A DNA stretch of 43,023 nt. It comes from Chloroflexota bacterium (GTDB taxonomy: Bacteria > Chloroflexota > Chloroflexia > Chloroflexales > Herpetosiphonaceae). Shown here piece by piece: positions 9,256 through 18,829 of the stretch. Both the position numbers and the translations under genes were made by a program. The notes below the pieces were generated by a model, which did no database searches, had not been told where the DNA came from, and saw only the letters and a program-made list of their open reading frames with translations. Every line of letters starts with the position of its first letter. Within the stretch, counting starts at the first letter, position 1. The DNA is taken from positions 1-43,023 of the forward strand of contig JAIUOC010000003.1 of assembly GCA_020161265.1 (NCBI GenBank). Direction: 5' to 3'.

Positions 9256-9270
9256 ATAGCCTTGAGCTAT
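9256..9270. promoter_or_regulatory. Candidate LysR-type binding site (T-N11-A within a perfect ATAGC-N5-GCTAT dyad) in the divergent promoter region
   Basis: atagccttgagctat lies 20 bp upstream of the LysR start, between the divergent flavoprotein and LysR genes. Confidence 0.4.
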
Positions 9271-9289
9271 CAATTATCGAGGAGTAACC

Positions 9290-10186
9290 ATGGAATTAAG
9301 CCAATTGCGCTATTTTGAGGCGGTGGCCCGCTTGGGCAATGTGACTAAGGCTGCTCACGAACAACACATTGCCCAACCATCGCTGAGCAAAGCATTGCGG
9401 GCGCTTGAGCAAGAACTAGGGGTGCATTTGTTTGATCGGGTTGGCCGAGGGGTTGAATTAAGCGATGCGGGCAAATTACTGTTGCCCTATGCGCGGCGGG
9501 TCTTGACCGAACTTCAAGCAGCCCGCCATGCCTTACAATCTCGTGCTGATCTGACGGTGGGCCATGTCTCGTTGGGCGTTACACCAACCGTTGGCACACG
9601 GCTCATTCCCCAAGCCTTAGCGGCCTTCAATCGGCGCTATCGCGGAATTCAGCTCGAATTGCACGAGGCCGGAGCTAGCGAGTTGGTCGAATTGCTCAAT
9701 GCTGGAGTGGTCGATTTGGCGATTGTTTCGGCCTTGGTGCATGGAGTCGAATCCACGACTTTGCTGAGCGAGCCGTTGGTGGTGGCGGTTGGTTTGCAAC
9801 ATCGATTTGCCCAACGCCAGAGCATTGCCGCCAACGAGCTACGCGATGAGGGCTTTATTTTGTTCCCGCAGGGCTACGAGTTGCGCAATTATACCTTGCA
9901 ACTTTGCGAACAAGCTGGCTTTGCCCCGCGCATTGTGCTCGATGGTGGCGAGATGGATACGGTAGTGAGTTTGGTTGCCGCAGGCTTGGGCGTGGCGGTT
10001 GTGCCTCAATTAGCCATCGATCAGCGCATGGGTTTGCATGCCTTGATGATCGATGCTGGCGGATTGCAACGGACGTTGCGGCTGATCCGCCATAGCCAAC
10101 GCCAACCCTCGCCTGCTGCTGCCGCCTTACATCGGGTGCTACACGAATGGGTCAGCCAACATTATCCCAGCGCTTCAGCAAATTGA
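9290..10186 (+). CDS. LysR-family transcriptional regulator
   Basis: N-terminal HTH LSQLRYFEAVARLGNVTKAAHEQHIAQPSLSKALRALEQELGVHLFDR followed by a LysR substrate-binding domain. Confidence 0.9.
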   Translation: MELSQLRYFEAVARLGNVTKAAHEQHIAQPSLSKALRALEQELGVHLFDRVGRGVELSDAGKLLLPYARRVLTELQAARHALQSRADLTVGHVSLGVTPTVGTRLIPQALAAFNRRYRGIQLELHEAGASELVELLNAGVVDLAIVSALVHGVESTTLLSEPLVVAVGLQHRFAQRQSIAANELRDEGFILFPQGYELRNYTLQLCEQAGFAPRIVLDGGEMDTVVSLVAAGLGVAVVPQLAIDQRMGLHALMIDAGGLQRTLRLIRHSQRQPSPAAAALHRVLHEWVSQHYPSASAN

Positions 10187-10839
10187 CGCGAAAGCGCTTT
10201 GGCTCCTTGGCTCATCCACGGCTTGACTGGAGTGAATTTCAGCACTTCCAACGGTGCAGGAATATAGCCGCCGCATATTCGGTTGATGATCGCCTCGGCA
10301 ATAATTCGCGTCGGAATTTGCTTGGCATCGGATGGACGTTGCCAAACGATCCCCAAGGTTTGTTCGCACAAAAATGCGGCGAATGTATTCAACACCAACA
10401 GTTGATAGCGCGAGTCATCGCCATAGCGCTGTGGCCGATTGAACCAGGTTTCAAAGCTATGGTAATCGGCTTGGTTGCCGCCAAAGCGTTCGACACACAT
10501 TGCGGCAATCGCTGTGCTCGGGCGTAGCCAAGCAGGCGTGGCTGTGTGGGCAAACCATTGTTCAAGGCTGGGCACAGTGCCAGCAAAATCTTCTTGAATA
10601 TGCTGGATGGCGATCAGCTCAGTTGGCACGGTTTGGTGATCGGAAGGGCGTTGCCAAAGCTCGCCAAAAATTTCCAAGCACAATTCGATACCGTAGGGCT
10701 GATGCAGCAGCATACGATGGCGGGGGTCGATGCAATAACTTTTGCTGCTATCAAACCAATGTTCAATCGGCCAATAATCTTGCCACACACCACCCCAACG
10801 TTGGGCCGCGCTACGAGCGTGATAATAGGGATGCGACAT
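10162..10839 (-). CDS. Hypothetical protein with an internal tandem duplication (two ~90-aa repeats, each ending WQRPSD...P(T)ELIA)
   Basis: Repeat 1 ends ...ELWQRPSDHQTVPTELIAIQHI and repeat 2 ends ...IVWQRPSDAKQIPTRIIAEAI. The start ATG 10839 overlaps the upstream stop (TGATG) and has GAGGA 6 nt upstream. Confidence 0.5.
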   Translation of the reverse strand: MSHPYYHARSAAQRWGGVWQDYWPIEHWFDSSKSYCIDPRHRMLLHQPYGIELCLEIFGELWQRPSDHQTVPTELIAIQHIQEDFAGTVPSLEQWFAHTATPAWLRPSTAIAAMCVERFGGNQADYHSFETWFNRPQRYGDDSRYQLLVLNTFAAFLCEQTLGIVWQRPSDAKQIPTRIIAEAIINRICGGYIPAPLEVLKFTPVKPWMSQGAKALSRQFAEALG

Positions 10840-11924
10840 CAATATCCTCGTTTCTTCCCATTCCAACGCGCTAAATCGACAGTTTGGCGTTGTGCTTCTG
10901 GCAGATACATCACATATAATTCAGGGTTGGCTGGGTGTTGAACCACAGGATAGGGAATGGCATTTGGTTCATCGTTGGCATAGGCTTGAAGATCTTCATA
11001 CTCATAACTGCTATAGGCCAAGCCCAAATACACCACTTGAGCCTGTTGCACGTCCAGCCGATAAACCCCATATGGCTGTTGATCTGAGAATTCGCTGCTC
11101 CAATCGAAATTAACCACATCCCAAACCAAACGTTCTAGTTCTTGATTGGCAAAGCCTGCACTGAGTGGTTTGGTTGTGCCATCGGCCAAATAATAGAGGC
11201 AGTAGCCTTCATCAGCTTCATCATTGTTGTTATAGACCGACCATTCGAGCGCCATAATCTGCTGTGCTTGCAACAACTCCAGTAAACGTTGGGCTGGGCT
11301 AGCTGTTGCTTGAATCAAGGCGGCATCGATGCTCAGCGGCGGGTCGAGGATCTGACAACTAAGCTCATACAAATCCCACAGATTCAGCGGTAGATTGCTC
11401 CATGGCTCAAGCCGCTCCTCGCGAATGGCCTCAGCGAGGTGTTGGGCTACGACCAAGGCTTGGCTGGCGTTACGATTTAAGCGGGCTTCGGCCAATTGTG
11501 CCAGGATTTTGGCTAATCTGATCGTTTGCAGCGAAGCTTCATGGTGATAGCGCTGGATACATTCGCGATCATCGCCCAGCCAAAACAGCGCTTGAAAGTA
11601 GGCCCATTGATAGGTTGCTTGCGCCCATTGGCCGGAGCTAGCCGGTTTGGTTGGCAGCTTGCGAAAACAAGCCTGCACCGCCGCTTGGTCGCCAGCCATC
11701 CGATAGAAATTTAAGCTAGCAATTTGAAACTCAATCGGGCTAGCTTGCTGAGTTGCTGCTTGCTGCAAATACATTGAGGCCAGCGGATCACGCAAATAAT
11801 AGGCACAACGAGCGAGTTTAACCCATTCATAGGCTCGCAGTGTATCGAGGCCTTTGGCTAGCACATCGCGAAACGCACTCAGCAAACTTTGGCGGTGGAG
11901 TTGCAGCGTGGGGAAATCATCCAC
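10839..11924 (-). CDS. Hypothetical protein (361 aa), helical N-half, function unknown
   Basis: A long ORF translationally coupled to the downstream gene. I recognise no family. Confidence 0.5.
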   Translation of the reverse strand: MDDFPTLQLHRQSLLSAFRDVLAKGLDTLRAYEWVKLARCAYYLRDPLASMYLQQAATQQASPIEFQIASLNFYRMAGDQAAVQACFRKLPTKPASSGQWAQATYQWAYFQALFWLGDDRECIQRYHHEASLQTIRLAKILAQLAEARLNRNASQALVVAQHLAEAIREERLEPWSNLPLNLWDLYELSCQILDPPLSIDAALIQATASPAQRLLELLQAQQIMALEWSVYNNNDEADEGYCLYYLADGTTKPLSAGFANQELERLVWDVVNFDWSSEFSDQQPYGVYRLDVQQAQVVYLGLAYSSYEYEDLQAYANDEPNAIPYPVVQHPANPELYVMYLPEAQRQTVDLARWNGKKRGY

Positions 11925-12000
11925 AATTTGATACTCTCGCTAGATCAACCGCTCTAGCTATAGCAAGAGCTTGTGTCAACGGCTGTCACATATACCAAAA

Positions 12001-12040
12001 ATTAAAATAAATACGCGGCACTACTCAAGGCAGTGCCGCG
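12001..12040 (-). terminator. Intrinsic terminator for the arylsulfotransferase-like gene (minus strand)
   Basis: Stem cgcggcact / agtgccgcg (12014-12040). On the minus strand it is followed by TATTTATTTTAAT. Confidence 0.55.
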
Positions 12041-12056
12041 CCAACAACCCAATAAT

Positions 12057-13940
12057 TTATTCGGTGGTTAGGTTTGGCAAATACATGCGGTTGGGCGTAC
12101 AGGTGTCGCTCGCCAAGAAGGCGATTGGCGATGAACCTAAGACTGTGCCTTGGTTATCACGGGCACGTACTTGGGCAAAACAATGGTCACTGTTAGTTAC
12201 TAGCGTGTTGGTTTCAAAGCTAGTTTTAGGGGTGGTATTTTGCAAACTCAAAGTTGCAGTGGTTGCTCCAGTGTACACCTGATAATCGGACACCTTGGTT
12301 GCACCATTCCAGCTATAGTAGAGGGTTGTGGTGTTGCCGTTGCTTTCGGGCACTAAGCTTGGCGGCCAAAGTGGCTCACCCTCCCATTCGAAGCGTTTCG
12401 CACGATAACTAACTGTTGGTGCAGCCGCCGTTAACTCAAAGACTGGCTCACCTTGTGAATTAAATTCAGTATACAGTGGGCGGGTGCTACCCCAACCAAC
12501 TCCGGTATTGCCATTGCTAAGGCGCTGGGCACTGCCCATGGCAATCCCATACTGATCGGGATTTGTGCGGAAACTCTTGACTAAACGGGCGGTTTTACGG
12601 GTTTCATCAAGCTGATATTCCATTGCCATCGAGAAGGCATCGGCGGCTGGCGGCAGGCTGTTCCAATTATTATAGAGCAGCAGATTACCGTTTTCCAAGC
12701 GTCGAATATCGTGCTGGTGGAAAAACCGTGGGCTATTTTCTAGAAATTGAAATTGATTGCCCTCGCCACCAAACCGCCACATTACCGCCCCTGTTTGGCG
12801 ATTGATTTTGGTAATCTCATCGGTATGGCGGCTAGAAATCAACCAATTGCCATCGCTATCAACGTCAATTGCATTGCCATGAATATAATCGACTGGAGCT
12901 GTGCCGAGCAGGCTATGGCTGGTATCATAAACTGGAATATGCTCGATTGAACGCCATTGGAATACGACATTGCCTGTTGTATCCAACTCTTGCAAGACCA
13001 ATTCGGTCAGGGTGGCGTTGGCTTCGCCGCCATAAGGGCTTAAATCATAGGGAATATTGGCGTAAATCATAAAAATGGCATGCCCATTGGGCTGAAGCAA
13101 AAATTCATGGTAATCGATTTGGTAGCCATTCCCAGCTTGATAACGCCCAACTTCTTGATAATGTTCGTTTAACACATGGTATCTGAAGGTCAGGCTATCG
13201 TAATAGGTTAGCCGATTCTCGGCAACTTTGCGAAAGTCGAGCAAGAAATTGCCTGGCCCACCGCCTTGATGATAGATCGGCGTTCCAGTGTTATCAACCA
13301 TCAGAATATAGCGATTTGGCGTGTAATTACTTTGCCACCGAAATGGGCTAACAAAAATATAGCCTGGCGTGTTACTGATTGCTAAAGTAACGGTTAATGG
13401 TGGCAGATTAAATGGCAATGTGCGCAGGGCTTGCTTCCCACCAGTCGGCGGCTCCGATTGTGGTTGATTGGCGCGATCGCTAGCAAGCTCGGTTTGAAGT
13501 CGCTTGGCCTGATCGGTTTGTTCGACCAAACGATCAACCACTTCAAACGACCAAGTTTGTTGATCAAGTTCAGCAATATCGTTGCTTTTGATCGATACCC
13601 GCACGGTTTCGCCAAGCGCAAATGAACTGGTCGGCTTAAAAATAACCGTGCGTTGATCGTCGGCTAGCACAACCTCGCCTGTATGCAAGCCGCTGCGTGA
13701 GCCAACAACTTGGAAATCCAGCGTTGCAACCGCAGCTTTGCTCAAGCTTGGCCCTAAGCGAATCGCGATCGTATTGGTGGGGTTGACCGCTTTGGAATAT
13801 GGGGCAGGGTTGCGATATTCGACCAGTGGGGCTGCTTGGGCAGGCTGGCGAGGGGAAAAGCTGAAACTCAGCACCACGATCAGGATGCAAAGACATCCAA
13901 ATAATTGTCGCATTGCTAGCTTCCTCCTTAGGCTAAGCAA
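12057..13940 (-). CDS. Secreted beta-propeller protein, arylsulfotransferase (ASST)-like
   Basis: N-terminal signal peptide with a hydrophobic core ...AQA. Motifs IDYHEFLLQPNGHAIFMIY and FFHQHDIRRLENGNLLLY resemble the ASST family. This is a weak, motif-level call. Confidence 0.4.
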   Translation of the reverse strand: MLSLRRKLAMRQLFGCLCILIVVLSFSFSPRQPAQAAPLVEYRNPAPYSKAVNPTNTIAIRLGPSLSKAAVATLDFQVVGSRSGLHTGEVVLADDQRTVIFKPTSSFALGETVRVSIKSNDIAELDQQTWSFEVVDRLVEQTDQAKRLQTELASDRANQPQSEPPTGGKQALRTLPFNLPPLTVTLAISNTPGYIFVSPFRWQSNYTPNRYILMVDNTGTPIYHQGGGPGNFLLDFRKVAENRLTYYDSLTFRYHVLNEHYQEVGRYQAGNGYQIDYHEFLLQPNGHAIFMIYANIPYDLSPYGGEANATLTELVLQELDTTGNVVFQWRSIEHIPVYDTSHSLLGTAPVDYIHGNAIDVDSDGNWLISSRHTDEITKINRQTGAVMWRFGGEGNQFQFLENSPRFFHQHDIRRLENGNLLLYNNWNSLPPAADAFSMAMEYQLDETRKTARLVKSFRTNPDQYGIAMGSAQRLSNGNTGVGWGSTRPLYTEFNSQGEPVFELTAAAPTVSYRAKRFEWEGEPLWPPSLVPESNGNTTTLYYSWNGATKVSDYQVYTGATTATLSLQNTTPKTSFETNTLVTNSDHCFAQVRARDNQGTVLGSSPIAFLASDTCTPNRMYLPNLTTE

Positions 13941-13982
13941 CCCACAACTGGGCTGCCTTAAGGTTTAAGCGAGCATCAAAGG

Positions 13983-14013
13983 GGCGATGCTCATAAAAAA
14001 ACAGGGCAGTTTG
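13983..14013 (-). terminator. Intrinsic terminator for the two-gene sensor-kinase operon (minus strand)
   Basis: cagggcag / ctgccctg stem (13990-14013). On the minus strand it is followed by TTTTTTT (plus-strand AAAAAAA at 13983-13989). Confidence 0.6.
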
Positions 14014-14030
14014 GGCTGCCCTGTTTGAAT

Positions 14031-16919
14031 TTATTTGTGTTGAGGGAGATAGACGTTGAAGGTTGTGCCTTCGCCGATCACGCTTTGCACCTCGATCGTG
14101 CCGCCATGCTCATCGACAATGCTTTTGGTAATTGCTAAGCCGAGGCCAGTCCCTTCAATTGGCGAATCAATATCACGCTTGACGCGATAGAAGCGCTCAA
14201 AAATATGCGGCAAAGAATCTTCGGGAATGCCCAAGCCGCTGTCTTGAATTTGTACATGCACCTTGGCATCACCATTGTTGGCACGAATCTGTACCTGCCC
14301 GCCGCTTGGTGTGTATTTGATTGCATTTGAGAGAATATTGGTAAACACCTGGCGCATCCGCGAGGGATCGGCCACCAAAGGCAAACTGGGCGGAATTTCA
14401 GGCTGGACGCTGATTTGACCCATTTTGGCCCGCAGTTTTAGCTCGTCGATGACTTCGCGCAACACCACCGCCAAATCAGTTTCTTGCGGCGAAATGCCAA
14501 TGCCTGCTTCGATTTTGCCCAAATCGAGCAAATCGCTGATCAAGGCGGTCATTGCGCCTGTATTGCGCACAACTGCTTGCAAGGCATCGCGCTGCATCTC
14601 ATTGACCGTGCCCATATGCCCGTCGGCAACCAATTGGGCATAGCCTTGAATTGCGGTTAGCGGCGACTTGAGGTCGTGCGAAACCATCGAAACAAAGCGA
14701 CTCTTGATTTGGTCTAGCTCTTTGAAATGGGTAATATCCTGCAAAACGATCACTTGGCCACCCAAGGAGCTGTTTTGCAATGGCGCAGTATTAACCGCAT
14801 AATAGCGGTTGCTGATGGCAATTTCTTTGCTTTCGTGATCTTCGCGGCGGGCCAGCATTGCCAACATCGGGAAGAAGGTCAGCAAGGGTTGATTGACCAA
14901 GCGACTATTGGAAACGCCCGCGATCGCGCCGGCGGCTGGGTTGGCCACCACAATTTGGCCTTCATCAGTCAACAAAATGCCGTCGCTGACCGATTCAATC
15001 ACTGCTGCCAAGAGCGTGCGCTCCTCGGATGCTGTGACATACAGCCGCGCACTTTCCATCGCTACTGCTGCTTGGCCTGCCAAGGCTGTGAGCAATTGGC
15101 GCTCGTAGGCATCAAAGGCATCACGGCGCTCATCGGCGGCAATCAACAACCCATTGATCCCATCACCTAACATCAAGGGCACGCCAATCCAGCTTTCGCC
15201 CAAGGGTTCTTCGTTATTGACTAATAGTTCAATTTGGCTGCCAGCCGAGGTCAACAGCACCGGCTCTTGATCATTCAGAGCGGCGCTAATCGGCCCCAAC
15301 TTCAACAATGGCTGTTCTTGACCGTTAATCAAGGAAACCAAGGGCAACGTGCCTTGTTTATCATCGACATGCAGCAATGCCACCATCGAAGCATCGAGCA
15401 TTTCGGCACAGCGATAAGCCACTTTGCGGGCTACTTCCAGCGGGTCAAGCGAGCTAGCCAATTCGCGGCTGGTCGAATTTAAGCCCTCAAGATCGAATAC
15501 CCGCTGCTCTAGCTCGGCAAACAAATTGGCATTTTCAATCGCGACAGCTGCTTGAGCCGAAACCGAGCGCACCAATTCCAAATCGGCAGCACTAAAATGG
15601 TCGATGCGTGGGTGCGTTAAGGTCATCACGCCAAGCACTTGATCTTCGCGCAACAAGGGCACGGCCAAGGCCGAACGTACTCGACCACGAGTTGAGGGCA
15701 ATTCAACCCAGCGTTTATCAACCCGCACATCGGCAATTCGCGCTGCTTCGCGCTGGCGAAAAACCCAGCCCGAAAGCCCGGCTTGCAACAGCGCCGCTGC
15801 TACCGATTCAGTCACCGATTGATCCATGCCATAACGCGCAACGATCCGCTGGGTCGTGCGGCCATCTTGCGATGAAATGATGATGCTACCACGTTCAGCG
15901 TTGACTGCTGCCACCGTGTGTTGAATAATTCGCGAAAGCAATTGATCGGGGTCAAGCGAGCTAGCCAACTCGCGGCTGATGCCATAGAGCAAGCGCAAGC
16001 GGTCGCGTTCCTCGCGGACTGCATTGAACAAGCGCGTATTGACCAAGGCCATGCTCAAGGCATTGCCCAACGAAATGAGAAATGGTGGCGACCAAGCTTG
16101 AGTTTTGCGGCTTGAGCCAACCAAGACCAGCGACATAAGCGCTTGTGGCCCGGCATCGAGTGGCAATGCGCCCCAAGCGACTTTGCCCCCAACGCTACTA
16201 CACAGACTTTGCAGCAATTCATAGGGCAGTTCGGCCAGCCATGGTGGACGATCTTCCCAAACGATCGTGGCTTTGCTCAGCGGGCTGGGCGGAAATAATT
16301 CGGCTAATTGTTGAATAAGTTGCTCATTCAGGCCAACGTGTCGCCATAAATGCCAGCGCATGCCATTTTCAGCGGCGGTGTAGAGCAAGGCCACTTGTGC
16401 GCCAGTTGATTCGGCGATTGCGCTCAAGGTGGCATCAGCCATCGCAACTGGCTCCAGCGAACGCCCCATTTGGCGAGCGATTGCGGCAATTGCTGAAAGC
16501 TCGGCGGTGCGCTGACCATCAGCCCGTCGCTTGGAAACCGCCGCCGAAGCTCGATTCAAGGCTGCTTGCACCGTTGGCAACGAAAAGGGCTTCAAAATAT
16601 AATCGTAAGCCCCTAAGCGCAGCGCACGGGTGGCACTTTCCAGCGAACCATAGCCAGTCATGACGATAATCGGCATGTCTGGGCGATTCTCGCGCACCCA
16701 TTGCAACACCGTATAGCCATCAACATCAGGCATGGTGACATCAGTCAGCACGACATCAACGTCGCTTGCTTGGAGCGTGGCAATGCCCGCAGCACCCCCA
16801 ACCGCCGTGGTTACGCTGTAGCCTTGCCCTTCCAATAACAACCGCAACTGGCCACTTAAGCGTGGCTCGTCATCGACCACCAAGATCTGTAATGGCAACT
16901 CATTCATCGGATTAACCAA
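14031..16919 (-). CDS. Hybrid sensor: N-terminal receiver (REC) - GAF x3 - PAS - histidine kinase (HisKA + HATPase_c)
   Basis: REC: ILVVDDEP...DVVLTDVTMPDVDG...ILKPF. HisKA: KSRFVSMVSHDLKSPLTAIQGY. HATPase: GTGLGLAITKSIVDEHGGTIEV. Confidence 0.85.
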   Translation of the reverse strand: MVNPMNELPLQILVVDDEPRLSGQLRLLLEGQGYSVTTAVGGAAGIATLQASDVDVVLTDVTMPDVDGYTVLQWVRENRPDMPIIVMTGYGSLESATRALRLGAYDYILKPFSLPTVQAALNRASAAVSKRRADGQRTAELSAIAAIARQMGRSLEPVAMADATLSAIAESTGAQVALLYTAAENGMRWHLWRHVGLNEQLIQQLAELFPPSPLSKATIVWEDRPPWLAELPYELLQSLCSSVGGKVAWGALPLDAGPQALMSLVLVGSSRKTQAWSPPFLISLGNALSMALVNTRLFNAVREERDRLRLLYGISRELASSLDPDQLLSRIIQHTVAAVNAERGSIIISSQDGRTTQRIVARYGMDQSVTESVAAALLQAGLSGWVFRQREAARIADVRVDKRWVELPSTRGRVRSALAVPLLREDQVLGVMTLTHPRIDHFSAADLELVRSVSAQAAVAIENANLFAELEQRVFDLEGLNSTSRELASSLDPLEVARKVAYRCAEMLDASMVALLHVDDKQGTLPLVSLINGQEQPLLKLGPISAALNDQEPVLLTSAGSQIELLVNNEEPLGESWIGVPLMLGDGINGLLIAADERRDAFDAYERQLLTALAGQAAVAMESARLYVTASEERTLLAAVIESVSDGILLTDEGQIVVANPAAGAIAGVSNSRLVNQPLLTFFPMLAMLARREDHESKEIAISNRYYAVNTAPLQNSSLGGQVIVLQDITHFKELDQIKSRFVSMVSHDLKSPLTAIQGYAQLVADGHMGTVNEMQRDALQAVVRNTGAMTALISDLLDLGKIEAGIGISPQETDLAVVLREVIDELKLRAKMGQISVQPEIPPSLPLVADPSRMRQVFTNILSNAIKYTPSGGQVQIRANNGDAKVHVQIQDSGLGIPEDSLPHIFERFYRVKRDIDSPIEGTGLGLAITKSIVDEHGGTIEVQSVIGEGTTFNVYLPQHK

Positions 16920-18546
16920 TCAACAATTCATCGGAATCAAGATCGGGCGATTGGCTGCGTTGGGCTGCAACCGGAATGCGCAAGGTAAAGTTCGAGCCTT
17001 TATCCACGATGCTCTCTACCGAAATTGCGCCGCCAACTTGTTGCAAAATACCATAAACAACTGAAAGCCCAAGCCCCGTTCCCGTCACACCTTTAGTGCT
17101 AAAGAATGGCTCAAAAATACGTTCGCGATGTTCGGGAGGAATCCCAATTCCGCTATCTTCAACATTGACAAAAATTTGACCCTTTTGATGGGCCGTGCGA
17201 ATGGTCAATTTGCCCCCATCGGGCATCGCATCAATCGCATTGCGCACCAAATTGATCAAAACTTGCTTACAAGCATCGCTGCTAATGTTTGGCGCTGGCA
17301 GATCGGTCGCCAACTCCTGATACAGTTTAACATTGGCTTTATCAAGTTGTGGTTTGGTGATGTGCATCAGTGAAATGATCAAATGATTGAGATCAGGTGG
17401 CACACCATCGTTATTGGGCTGATAGAAATTCACCAAGGTATAGAGCAACCGCGCAATCCGCGCCACTTCTTCATCTAGCCCTTGCACCAGATCGCCAAGC
17501 GCCGTGCCAGGGGTGTGTTGTTGCGCCACCAACTCCAAGCCTGAGCGAATAATCGCCAGTGGATTGTTGATTTCGTGGGCTAGCGAAGCCGCCATGCGCC
17601 CCATGCCTGATAATTTTTCAGCTTCAACCAAACGACCTTGGGTTTCGCGCAATGCGCTGTAGGTGCGGGCGTTGTGCAAGGCAATCGAGGCATAGTCGGC
17701 CAGCATCTGCATCAAGCGCTCATCACCTTCATCAAAATTGCGGCGATGGGTTGTCGCAGCGACGGTCAGCACGCCCAAGGCTTCAGTCCCAACCAATAAC
17801 GGCACCATGAGCACAGCCTGGGCCAAATAATTAGCTTGCACCCGAATCCCATCGCGCTCGGAATTGATCCGAATTGGTTTGTTGGTTTTAATGGTGCGCG
17901 TTGCCAGTTCATAATCGGTGTGTTTGCTTAGCTCGCGCAAATGCAATGGGTTAATATTGTGTGAGGCTCGCACAACCAACTGATTATCATCAATTAATTG
18001 CACAAAGCCTTCATCGGCATTCGAAAGAAAGACCGAGGCTTCAACAATTCGTTCAAGCAAATTGCTGGCATCAAGTTGGGCAGTTACCGCCTTACCAACC
18101 CGATGCAAAACCGTTAATTGGCGCACTTGGCCTTGTAATTGCCCAAGCAAGATTTCTTTTTCACGTTGCAAACGCCACTCGCGTAGCGCCCGATCAATCG
18201 CCTGAGCAACATCTTGCGGCTCAAAAGGCTTGATCAAATAATCGCGCACGCCCATTTTGAAGGCCGTTACGGCGATGCGTTCGGAACCTTCGGCGGTCAT
18301 CAGCAAAATTGGCACGGTGTTGCCATCGGTGCGCAGCTTACGCAGCAAATCCAACCCAGTGGTATCAGGCAACTGATAATCGAGCAAAATGAGGTGCGGA
18401 TGATGTTGGGTAATCGCGTTTAGCCCATTTCGCCCAGTTTCAGCCAACACGACCTGATAGCCCAGCGAACGCAATTGAGCCTGAAGTTTGACCCGAATTG
18501 CTTCGCTATCGTCGATCACTAGAATCGTTTCTTGACCACTTGCCAT
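16912..18546 (-). CDS. Hybrid sensor: N-terminal receiver - coiled coil - GAF - histidine kinase
   Basis: REC: ILVIDDSE...LILLDYQLPDTTG...LIKPF. HisKA: ASLAHEINNPLAII. HATPase: GTGLGLSVVYGI. It overlaps the downstream gene by 8 nt. Confidence 0.85.
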   Translation of the reverse strand: MASGQETILVIDDSEAIRVKLQAQLRSLGYQVVLAETGRNGLNAITQHHPHLILLDYQLPDTTGLDLLRKLRTDGNTVPILLMTAEGSERIAVTAFKMGVRDYLIKPFEPQDVAQAIDRALREWRLQREKEILLGQLQGQVRQLTVLHRVGKAVTAQLDASNLLERIVEASVFLSNADEGFVQLIDDNQLVVRASHNINPLHLRELSKHTDYELATRTIKTNKPIRINSERDGIRVQANYLAQAVLMVPLLVGTEALGVLTVAATTHRRNFDEGDERLMQMLADYASIALHNARTYSALRETQGRLVEAEKLSGMGRMAASLAHEINNPLAIIRSGLELVAQQHTPGTALGDLVQGLDEEVARIARLLYTLVNFYQPNNDGVPPDLNHLIISLMHITKPQLDKANVKLYQELATDLPAPNISSDACKQVLINLVRNAIDAMPDGGKLTIRTAHQKGQIFVNVEDSGIGIPPEHRERIFEPFFSTKGVTGTGLGLSVVYGILQQVGGAISVESIVDKGSNFTLRIPVAAQRSQSPDLDSDELLIG

Positions 18547-18600
18547 AGGCTCGCCGTTCTACAATGCTCAACAAGGAGATTCTCGCCAAAATCATACGAC

Positions 18601-18800
18601 AGAGAAGCGTAGAACGCAAGGACGAATGAAAAGTCAAAAGGCAGAAGTCAAAAGGCAAAAGAACATAGAGCAAAGGATGAAGGATGAAAATAAAAGCCAA
18701 AGGCAAAAGATTGTGCTGGCTTAACCGCGAAGAACACGAAGAGCACTAAACTTATAGGATAAAAAGCCTTTGTGTGCTTCGTGTTCTTCGTGGTTAAAAT
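18601..18800. repeat. Composite repeat element: GTCAAAAGGCA x2, GAACATAG, GGATGAAGGATGAA and a CACGAAG-based 24-bp imperfect palindrome
   Basis: aaccgcgaagaacacgaagagcac (18723-18746) pairs with gtgtgcttcgtgttcttcgtggtt (18771-18794). On the minus strand the hairpin is followed by T-rich sequence, so it probably doubles as the panC terminator. Confidence 0.5.
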
Positions 18801-18829
18801 CTGCGTGGGTTCTTTCCTCGATCTCCAAG

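Noticed and set aside
10147-10941. Plus-strand ORFs 10147..10527, 10500..10874 and 10546..10941
   Set aside because: They are antisense to the coupled hypothetical genes, whose minus-strand ORFs are longer and have an RBS and stop/start coupling. The plus-strand ORFs are Cys/Arg/Gln-rich, typical of the wrong strand.
18506-18706. 66-aa minus-strand ORF (MPLAFIFILHPLLYVLL...)
   Set aside because: It is a translation of the low-complexity repeat element, Leu/Phe-rich from T-rich iterated units, and has no RBS.
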